A stretch of DNA of 64,000 nucleotides from Bacteroidota Order II. bacterium. Lineage in GTDB: Bacteria > Bacteroidota > Rhodothermia > Rhodothermales > UBA2364. The position numbers and the translations under genes were made by a program. Below the pieces are notes generated by a model. The model had not been told where the DNA came from, made no database searches, and saw only the letters and a list, made by a program, of their open reading frames with translations. Positions 42,914-52,300 of the stretch are shown here, piece by piece (positions within the stretch are counted from its first letter, which is position 1; every line of letters starts with the position of its first letter). The DNA is taken from NCBI GenBank assembly GCA_016788705.1, contig JAEUSQ010000059.1:20449-84448 (forward strand), in the 5' to 3' direction.

Positions 42914-44071
42914 TTATTCCCCAAAAACCACCTTAAGCCATCCATCTTGAAAACGCCAACGCTTCATTTTGTAGTAACTCAGAAATTGTGGGAGTAGATA
43001 ATTCCGACGCTGATGCCCAGCCTGAATCACCAATTGGTCCCCGAACTGCTGGACGCTCACTTCGGCATCAGACAAGGGCAAACGGATTTCTAAGCGGTAG
43101 TCAGCCTCTTCGTTCACTACGCGGTATATTACCTCCGAGAAAAAAACCTTGGTTGGGGACTGAGTGCCATAGAGCAATGCACCAATTTTTTCCAAGCGCT
43201 CCAACCCAAAGACTTCTTCTCCCATATGTGGAACGTTAAAAATGGGCAAAGGAGAAAAGCTACTTTCAATTTCTTCAAGATATTTTTTCTGCGCCGTCAG
43301 GTATTTGCCCCAGGAAGCATCCGAGGTTTCGGGTAAAACACGGTTTACCAAAACCGCATCTACGCCATAGCCATATAACTGAAGATAGGTATAAGCCCGT
43401 CTGGCTTCGTTGATCACCATGCGCTCTGGATTCGCCACAATCCGCATACTGGTCACGGTTGGATCGGCCAGAATTTTTTGTACACGCTCTAACTTCCCAA
43501 ACATTTCATCCAATTCCGCTACCCCTTTATCTAAAGGAACACCTGTAAAGGTATTGACGGCTTTCCCGAAAAGTTGCACCGCCGAACGCTGAAACGGAAA
43601 AGCTTTCGTCAACCACCATTGGGTCACTTGTGGCAAACTGAGTAACGTAAGGGTTTCACCCGTAGGCGCAGAATCTACTATAATCACCTCAAAATCATCC
43701 GATGTATAAAACTGGTCCAACCACAACAAGGTAGAAGCCTCTGCCATTCCGGGAAGGGAAGCCAGTTCCTCGGCAGCCACATCTTTTACACCTTGCCATT
43801 TAAACAATACCAGCAACATATGACGCAAATTTTGCCAATATTTTTGCATAGAATAATACAAATCAACTTCTTGTGCCCAAAGGTTTTGGGTAACCAATGT
43901 GGGTTCGGGGCCTAATTTTACATCCAATGCGTCCGCTAGGCTATGAGCTGGATCAGAAGATAAAACAAGCGTTTTTTTACCTTCCGATGCAGTTTGGATA
44001 CCGGTGGCTGCCGCACAAGTGGTTTTTCCGACACCACCTTTTCCAGTAAAAAGCAAGATTCTTTTCGTCAT
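42914..44071 (-). CDS. ArsA/Get3(TRC40)-family ATPase with a C-terminal HSP20-like domain
   Basis: 385 aa. Deviant Walker A FTGKGGVGKTT, signature SSDPAHSLADAL, switch II IVDSAPTGETLTLL. The C-terminal ~80 aa (YRLEIRLPLSDAEVSVQQFGDQLVIQAG..RRNYLLP) resemble the alpha-crystallin-like ArsA_HSP20 module. Confidence 0.85.
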   Translation of the reverse strand: MTKRILLFTGKGGVGKTTCAAATGIQTASEGKKTLVLSSDPAHSLADALDVKLGPEPTLVTQNLWAQEVDLYYSMQKYWQNLRHMLLVLFKWQGVKDVAAEELASLPGMAEASTLLWLDQFYTSDDFEVIIVDSAPTGETLTLLSLPQVTQWWLTKAFPFQRSAVQLFGKAVNTFTGVPLDKGVAELDEMFGKLERVQKILADPTVTSMRIVANPERMVINEARRAYTYLQLYGYGVDAVLVNRVLPETSDASWGKYLTAQKKYLEEIESSFSPLPIFNVPHMGEEVFGLERLEKIGALLYGTQSPTKVFFSEVIYRVVNEEADYRLEIRLPLSDAEVSVQQFGDQLVIQAGHQRRNYLLPQFLSYYKMKRWRFQDGWLKVVFGE

Positions 44072-44108
44072 ATCATCAAAAATTTGGGATTCATTCCCTG
44101 ATCAATTT

Positions 44109-44558
44109 TCAAACCTGAGTGGCAACGCCACTTCGTCGTTTCGCCGTACGTACTTTTGGGGGTGCCCCGCTACTCTGCTTGATTGTTGCCCTCCGCTTCG
44201 GTGTTGGTACAGAAGAGCGACTTAGTGGGGAAGTACGTCGCCTGGCCGGTTTGGGGGGTAGCCCTGTTTTAGTCGTGGTACTTTTTTTACGGGTGGTTTT
44301 GGTGCTGGTGGTCTTTCTGGTACTTCGACGTTTTTTAGGCGGATCCTCGTTAAACAGGTCTTCTTTCTTTTCGATTAAAAAATCTGCAAATTGCTCGGCT
44401 GTAATGATAAGACGTAGTGGTAATAAAAAAGGCAAACTGTTATAGGCCTCCATAAGCAATCGTTTCAGCACTGCATTACTCGCTTTTCCGGCTGCCCCAC
44501 CTGTTTTATCGTTTAGAAATTCTCGGATTTCTCCTATATAATGCAATATCGTCCGCAT
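44109..44558 (-). CDS. Hypothetical bipartite protein: ~75-aa helical N-domain plus ~75-aa K/R/S/T/P-rich (histone-H1-like) basic tail
   Basis: 149 aa. ATG at 44558, 19 nt after the stop of the upstream gene and 37 nt before the ArsA-like start. Tail: PPKKRRSTRKTTSTKTTRKKSTTTKTGLPPKPARRRTSPLSRSSVPTPKRRATIKQSSGAPPKVRTAKRRSG. I recognise no family. Confidence 0.6.
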   Translation of the reverse strand: MRTILHYIGEIREFLNDKTGGAAGKASNAVLKRLLMEAYNSLPFLLPLRLIITAEQFADFLIEKKEDLFNEDPPKKRRSTRKTTSTKTTRKKSTTTKTGLPPKPARRRTSPLSRSSVPTPKRRATIKQSSGAPPKVRTAKRRSGVATQV

Positions 44559-44577
44559 GAATACCTCTTGGATCTTG

Positions 44578-46134
44578 TTATTGGCCTATAATTTCACTTT
44601 TCCAATCATCCACCCGTTTTTCCGCACCGCTGAAGTTAATCCCAACGGCCACCACCTCACGGCCCTGATGAAGGTAAGGCGTGGCATAACCCTTGCTATG
44701 AATTTGGGAAAGCGCCGCCACTGCGTTTTCGTTCAACTTAAACTCCAAAACATAGGTATGGCTTTTCGTCTGAACCACCATGTCCGAGCGCCCGCCAGCC
44801 ACTTGTACTTCTACTTGTGTATTAACGCTAAGTAATTGGAAAATAATAAACAAAACCGAGTGATAATACCGCTCTTGATCGGCAATGAACAAGTTATACG
44901 GGATTGCGGCAAAGATCGCATTAATCCCTGAAATCACCTCGGCTATCGCGTTCGACTCAAAATATCGCGCCATACGTGCCACAATTGGACCCGAAAGTCC
45001 CGCCTGTTCACCCCCCTGAAACCAGTTTAAAAGATGCAAATACATCGCCTGACGAACCTCCTCATTCGGGTAACCAATATGATAATAACCCTCCTCCGTT
45101 ATTGATTTGATCGTCAGAAAACCCGCTTGAAACAACAAGGCACGGATCGAAAGTTGGTAGATATTCGTCCCCTCGAAAAAATCCTGACTCACCTCCGCCA
45201 ATTCTAAATCCACCTCGTGCGCTTCGTTCACCATCCGACGAACCAAAACCGACGGTACACCTGTCTCAATCCAATAATTCCAAAACATCCCCGAAGCCAT
45301 GAAACTGAGTGTGGAAAATGGATTATACACCCGTGTTTTACCATCCCACGTATAGCCATTATACCAATACCGGATTTTATCAGACATCTCGGTGAGTGAA
45401 AAACCTTTTTGTGCGGTCAACTCTTCGATTCGTGGTCCAAGGTATTGTATCAATTCTGCCTCCGTAATCCCCAAAAGATCCGCACTTTCGGGCAAAAATG
45501 TCAGGTCGCGTAAGTTGTTAAGTGAGGAAAAAACAGACACTCTGGCAAACTTAGAAACGCCCGTCAAAAACACCAAACGCAGGTAGTTCGAGGTTGGTTT
45601 TAACACACCATAAAACCCTTGCAGAATATGCTGATGCTCCGCTAATTTCGTAGCATCTTCTAAATAATCCACCAACGCTTTGTCGTATTCATCTATCAAA
45701 ACCACCACACGCTGGCCTGTCTTGCGATAAAGTTGGAAAATCAACTCTTCTAATAGCGCCCCCGACGACTTTTGACCTAAATTGACACCATGTAACATTG
45801 CCTGACGTGCTACCAGCCCGGAGAGTGCCGCCTCTAAGCCATCTTGGCGGTAAGATGTAGCGTCCAAACTGATATGGATCACCGGATGTTGCCGCGTCCA
45901 GTCCCATTTATCATAAATCCAAAGCCCCTCAAACAATGACTTGCGGCACTCGAACAACGCTTTGAGCGTAGATACCAATAATGACTTCCCAAATCGCCGA
46001 GGACGAGACAAGGAAAAATACTTCCCACCCGTCTCCAACAAACGATGAATATGACGCGTCTTGTCCACATAAACCATTCCATCCTCACGTAAGGAGGGGA
46101 AATCTTGCTCGCCGATTGGGTAACGTAACGACAT
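44578..46134 (-). CDS. AAA-ATPase_like (PF09820) + PDDEXK_9 (PF08011) nuclease-fold protein
   Basis: MSLRYPIGEQDFPSLREDGMVYVDKTRHIHRLLETGGKYFSLSRPRRFGKSLLVSTL is the hallmark N-terminus. VVLIDEYDK is the Walker B. C-terminal EVQVAGGRSDMVVQTKSHTYVLEFKL matches the E..GR.D...EFK PD-(D/E)XK core. I prefer the ATG at 46134 over the track start at 46176. Confidence 0.8.
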   Translation of the reverse strand: MSLRYPIGEQDFPSLREDGMVYVDKTRHIHRLLETGGKYFSLSRPRRFGKSLLVSTLKALFECRKSLFEGLWIYDKWDWTRQHPVIHISLDATSYRQDGLEAALSGLVARQAMLHGVNLGQKSSGALLEELIFQLYRKTGQRVVVLIDEYDKALVDYLEDATKLAEHQHILQGFYGVLKPTSNYLRLVFLTGVSKFARVSVFSSLNNLRDLTFLPESADLLGITEAELIQYLGPRIEELTAQKGFSLTEMSDKIRYWYNGYTWDGKTRVYNPFSTLSFMASGMFWNYWIETGVPSVLVRRMVNEAHEVDLELAEVSQDFFEGTNIYQLSIRALLFQAGFLTIKSITEEGYYHIGYPNEEVRQAMYLHLLNWFQGGEQAGLSGPIVARMARYFESNAIAEVISGINAIFAAIPYNLFIADQERYYHSVLFIIFQLLSVNTQVEVQVAGGRSDMVVQTKSHTYVLEFKLNENAVAALSQIHSKGYATPYLHQGREVVAVGINFSGAEKRVDDWKSEIIGQ

Positions 46135-46276
46135 AATGTGGTAAAAATTCAGGTTATGAGCGAGTAAAATACGCAAATCTGCAACCCCAATTGGTGCTGA
46201 TCAGATAAAATTATTGTCTATGGCCATGATTGTCTCAGAGATCGGAATGGGCAATCATCTTTAAACTTTGATCACA

Positions 46277-46356
46277 GTTTGTATAAGAGGTAAAACAGCT
46301 GCAATTTTTCCGTAACTTCAGGCGTTCCGGACTTGCGCCCTTCAACTTATACAAAC
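46277..46356 (+). promoter_or_regulatory. 11-bp perfect inverted repeat in the alpha-2-macroglobulin leader/promoter
   Basis: GTTTGTATAAG (46277-46287) and CTTATACAAAC (46346-46356) are separated by 58 nt containing an inner GGCG..TCCGGA..CGCC hairpin. The repeat ends 27 nt before the ATG at 46384. Confidence 0.45.
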
Positions 46357-46383
46357 CGGAATCTATTCTAAAACTACAACACC

Positions 46384-49300
46384 ATGAGAATCCTAACTTT
46401 TCTCTTCTTGTGTCTTTTTGTCTCAACAATCAACATCATGGCACAACCAAAACCCAACGATTTCTATCGTGAAAACTGGAAAAATGCCGAGAAATTTTTA
46501 GAAAACGGCCAATATCGCTCGGCATACGACTTGGCAAAAACCATTTCCGAACGCGCAAAGTCGGAGGAAAATACAGCAGAATTTGTTAAAGGACTGATGT
46601 TCCGCTCTCGTTTTGTACAATCGCTCGAGGAGAAAACCTTTAATGATGCCATGAACGAAGTGCGCAGCGAAATTGAGAATGGCTTACCCAACCTAAAACC
46701 CATCCTACATTCAATCTATGCTGAGATGATCTGGAATTATTACCAGCAAAATCGGTGGCGATTCATGAACCGAACAGCTACCGAAGGCATTAAAGACAAC
46801 GATATAGAAACATGGGACTTACGCAAAATCTTAAACGAGGCCAAAACTCATTTCCGAGCCTCGGTTGCCAATCCAACTGTTCTACAACAACTGCCAATTG
46901 GGATAATGAATGCGGTGGTTTATCGGCAGGGTAATCCCGATGTGCGCCCCACCCTCTATGATTTTATTGCTCATCGTGCCCTCGCCTTCTTTACCAATAC
47001 CGAAGCCGGACTTTCCGACCCTAAAGAACGGTTTGCCATCCGCAATGCCCAATGGTTTGCGCCAGCATCCGAGTTTGTACAACAATCACCCCTTTCCGAG
47101 GATGCACTTGGGGCTGATGCCCTACGGTTGTGGCAAGACCTAAGCCGTTTCCATCTTAAAGACAACAATCCCTCTGCATTGATAGACTTGGAGGTGAACC
47201 GTTTAGTGTTTGTGCATACCCATAGTGTCTCGGCGGAGAAAGACAACCAATACGAAAACGCCCTAAATGCCCTTATTCGTAGCTACAAACAAGAAGCCAT
47301 TGCAGAAGCGTACTGGGAATTGGCACAACTTTATAAAAATCAAGGCAATACATACAAAGCAAAAGACCCAACACAAACCCATAAGTGGAAGAAAAAAGAC
47401 GCTTTGGCCATTTGCGATAAGGTAGTCAATCAATTCCCAAACAGCCGTGCTGCGCTGGCCTGTACGGGGCTAAAGTCCGAGTTAACTGCCCGTACCATCC
47501 AACTTACTGTGCCGGAATTTACCGAACCAAACCAACATTTTCCGGCAAGCATCACCTTCATGAATGCCAAGCGTGCTTTCCTGAAGGCAGTACCCGTACC
47601 AACGGACCAATGGGTACGCATTCAAGCAGATTATGAGGCGTATAACCGCTTTGCGAACAAAGCCCGAAAGCAAGGCGGAACGGCCTTTGCGGGCCAGAAA
47701 CTGCCCGATGACGGCGATATGCAAAGCCATATCACTGAGGCGGCATTTCCGAAGTTACCAGCAGGGCTTTATATGCTGTTTGTTTCTTCAGCCGAAAACT
47801 TTTCGGACGCCTCGGATCGTGATGGAACCACATTAATCACTGTCTCGGACATCGCCCTAAACCGCCGCGATGCCGAGAAAAACAGCCAACTCCGGTTTTT
47901 GCACCGTACCACTGGTCTGCCTCTTTCAGGTGTGGCTGTGGCACGATTCCGGGTTACCCGCGACGGCAAATCGGGGACATTGGTGGGCACGCACAAATCC
48001 GATGCAAACGGACAAGTCAACATCCCACAAGAGCGTTCTAACTACGAAAATCGGTACTATTTACGCTATACCTATCAAGGCCAAGTAGTATTTGAAAATG
48101 CACCATATCGCTATTATCCCTATTACCAGTCCCCCCCCTTAGAACAAGGCACAATGGTTCGTACCCATCTTTTTACGGATCGGAGTATTTATCGTCCCGG
48201 CCAGAAATTGTACTTCAAAGCCATCCAAATTTCCTCAAAAAAAGAGAACTCTTGGACGGTTGTAGCCGATCAGGAAGTGACGGTTCAGCTTTTTAATGCC
48301 AACAACGAAAAGGTCTCGGAAGTTAAACAAACCACCAATGCTTTCGGAACAATTTCCGGCGAGTTTACCCTCCCAACCGGCATCTTGACGGGGCAATTCC
48401 GGCTCCAAACGGAACACGGCAGCACGTATCTATCGGTAGAAGAGTACAAACGTCCAAGATTTGAAGTGGCCTTTAAACCCATCGAAGGCACACCCGCCTT
48501 AGACGAAGAAGTAGCCGTTACCGTTACCGCAAAGTCCTTTGCCGGAGCCAACCTAAGCGACGCCACGGTTTCCTACCGAATTACACGTGGTGCAGAGTTG
48601 CCCCCTTGGAGTTGGTGGCGCTATTGGTGGAACCCTGCTCCCCCTATCGAGATTGCGCAGGGAGAAGGTAAAACCGATGCCGATGGCAACTTTGTCATTC
48701 GCTTTAAAGCCCGCCCCGATCCAACACAAGACCCTAAGACAGAACCCATTTTTGTCTATAACATCGAGGCCAATGTAACGGACATTACTGGTGAAAACCA
48801 CCGCGACGAGACCGATGTACGGGTTGGTTATAAGTCTCTCACCTTAAATGCCGATATTCAGGAAATACAACCTCTTAGCGACTTAAAAAAACTCGTCATC
48901 AAGGCGCAAAACCTCAATGGTCAAGCCATTCCAACCACCGGACAGGTTTCGATTTCTCGTCTAAAATCACCCGAAAGAACGCTCCGCGCCAGAACCTCGG
49001 GGAATATACCCGATGTCCAAGCACTAACCGAGGCTGAGTTCAGGAGACTACTCCCCAACGATCCTTACGGCGACGAGTTGGAAAAACGGAACTGGAAAAC
49101 AGACCAGTCGGTAGTGAGTTTGCCTTTTGATACAGGTAAAAATACACCGTTAGACCTGTCGTCCGCACAACTTCAACCAGGTGCTTATCTGATTGTCCTG
49201 ACGGCGAAGGATCTGCAAAACCGCCCCGTAGAAACGCGCCAGATCGTTACCCTCTATGATGAAGTAGCCAAAACGCCTGCCCTACCACAACCCTTCTGGC

Positions 49301-52300
49301 ATCGCCCGATTAAAACAACGGTGCAGCCCGGCGAAAATGCTACGTTCCTCATCGGTGCAACCGGAAAAACCAGGATACTTTTCGAGATAGAACACAAAGG
49401 CAAGATCATTTCTTCGGAAGTCGTCGCATTAGATGGTCAGCAAGTGCTGAAATCCATCCCAATCAAGGAGGAACACCGAGGCAATTTGGGCTACCACCTC
49501 TCGGCCATCCGAGACAACCGGACTTATACCGAAACGAATACCCTCAACGTCCCCTTCTCCAACAAAGACCTCAAGTTGGCCTTCGAGACGTTCCGAAACA
49601 AATTGTATCCCGGACAAGCAGAAGAGTGGCGACTAAAAATTACCGGATCAAAAGGCGAGGCCGTTGCTGCGGAAATGGTGGCCGCCATGTATGATGCCTC
49701 GCTTGATGAATTTCGGGGGCACACTTGGTGGATGAGTCTCTGGAACTATTCCGCACCCAGAATGACATGGGGAACCGCCCTATTTGGCACAACCCAGCTC
49801 GCTTGGTCTAAGACTGACCCAACCGAATTTGCACCAAGTCGAGAATACGATACCTTCCAGTTTGAAGGCGAGAACAGCCTGACCGATTGGCCGAACTTCA
49901 TGCATGCCGTAAGTGGAACCGCAGTGGCTGGAACCATTACGGGTACCGTTTATTACGAGGACGGCAAAAAAACCGTCTCAAACGCCATAGTGACGCTCGA
50001 AAACACGGAATTCACAACCAAAACCGATGCAAAAGGCCAGTTCACCTTCAGTAACCTCAAACCCGGTAATTATGTGGTTCGGGTCTGGCATGTCCAACAC
50101 GCAACCGCACTCACCCCCGTCTTGCTCACGGCAGACAAAGGCGTTAAAATGTCCTATAAACTAACATGGGCACACGAGGAAATGGACTACTATGATGGCG
50201 GTGAACGTAGAAACCGGGTACAAGTACTCTTTTCCAAAGCGGCTCCTGTTGAAATGGCGGCTTCTGCTCCTATGGTCGCAAGAGATATGGTTTCTTCTGA
50301 AGCAGCCACGAATACCCGTTTCGTTCCGCCAGCTGTTAAGCAAGATGCTGAAGTTCGGGACGAAGAACCTCCACCAACTAATTCACCATTACCCTCTGGC
50401 GGAAAGCCACAAAATGATCTTGGCGAGGTAAAAGCCCGTACCAATTTAAACGAAACCGCCTTTTTTCTGCCCCAACTCCGTACCAACGAGGCGGGTGAGG
50501 TGGTACTGGCCTTTACCATGCCGGAAGCCCTCACGCGATGGAACCTGCTCGGCTTGGCCCATACCAAAGACCTCAGCACCGGACAAATCCGCGAGTCTGT
50601 GATTACGCAAAAAGACTTGATGGTTACGCCCAACGCCCCGCGTTTCTTCCGAGAAAACGATACCATCACATTTACCGCAAAAGTGGACAACCTATCCGAA
50701 CAAGACTTGAATGGACAGGCACAACTCTTCCTGTTTGATGCCCTTACCAATCAACCCGTTGACGCACAGTTTGGCAATTCCAAGTCGCAAGTGGACTTTT
50801 CGGCCAAAAAACAAGGCAATGCCCTTCTCTCGTGGTCACTCAAGATTCCCGAAGGCATCTCGGCCATCACCTACCGAGTGGTCGCCAAAGCAGGCACCTT
50901 CACCGATGGCGAGGAGGCCGCCTTGCCCGTCTTAACCAACCGGATGTTGGTCACAGAATCGCTACCGCTTCCTGTCCGAAATGCTGGCGAAACCCGCTTC
51001 ACTTTCGATAAACTCTTGAACAACACTTCCACCACTTTGCGGCATCAATCGCTCACGGTAGAGTTCACCCCGAACCCCATTTGGTATGCGGTACAAGCCA
51101 TTCCTTATATGATGGAGTACCCATATGAATGCGCCGAACAGACCTTTACGCGGTTCTACGCCAATGCCATTGCCAGCCATATCGTGGCCAAACAGCCCAA
51201 AATTCAGGAGATTTTCCGTCAATGGCAAACCACCGACAAAGAAACCTTCCTCTCGAATCTCGAAAAAAACCAAGAACTTAAGTCGGTTCTGTTAGAAGAA
51301 ACCCCGTGGGTCTTCCAGTCGAACGACGAGCAAGAACGGAAAAAACGAATTGGCCTGCTGTTCGATACCGCACGCATGGCCCGCGAATTGGAAGGAACCA
51401 TGCGGAAGTTACGCGAAATGCAACTTTCTAATGGTGCATGGCCTTGGTTCAAAGGGATGGAACCAAGCCAATGGGTCACACAACACATTGTCTCCGGTTT
51501 TGCCCGCCTCAGACAACTCGGGGTTTATGATGCCATGAGTACCGAGGCAAAAGAAATGGTGACACGGGCCGTACAATACTTAGACGAACAAAACCGCAAA
51601 GACTATACTTGGATTGTAGAGCATGGAAACCTAAAAAACGACAACCTAAGCTATTTCCAAATTTATCATTTATATGCCCGTGGAAACTTCCGTAACATAG
51701 AAATGAATGGTAAACAAAAAGAAGCCTTCGATTATTTCTTTGATCAAGCCAAAAAATACTGGTTGACCAAATCGCCCTATATGCAAGGAATGATCGCTAT
51801 TGGCCTACACAACTATGGCGAAACACAAGTCCCGAATAAAGTGGTGGTATCCCTCAGAGAACGCAGTATCAACAACAAAGAAATGGGTATGTATTGGAAA
51901 GGTGAGCCCGGTTATTGGTGGTACCAAGCACCCATCGAGACGCACGCCTTGATGATCGAAGTTTTCCACAAAGTAGCGAATGATGCCAAAGCCGTAGAAG
52001 ACCTAAAACTCTGGTTGCTCAAACAAAAACAAACACAAGATTGGAAAACCACGACCGCTACCGCCAATGCCGTTTATGCCTTGCTTTTGCGCGGAACCGA
52101 CCTTTTGTCACAGCAACAGACAGCAAAAATTACCTTGGGAAGCAAAGTGATTGATCCACAAACCGACCCCAATATCCGTTCCCAAGCCGGAACAGGGTAT
52201 TTCAAAACGACGATTCCCGCAACCGAGATCAAGCCCGGAATGGGCAAGATCACGGTAAACAAAACCGGAACAAGTGCCGCATGGGGTGCGGTCTATTGGC

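Noticed and set aside
44119-44445. 108-aa plus-strand ORF
   Set aside because: It is antisense to the basic-tail gene. Low-complexity K/R/T codons read as open frame on the opposite strand (L/V/F/R-rich).
50190-50750. 186-aa minus-strand ORF, plus other antisense ORFs inside the alpha-2-macroglobulin gene
   Set aside because: It lies inside a 6.4-kb frame with clear A2M motifs. It is Ser/Arg/Ala-rich with no motifs.
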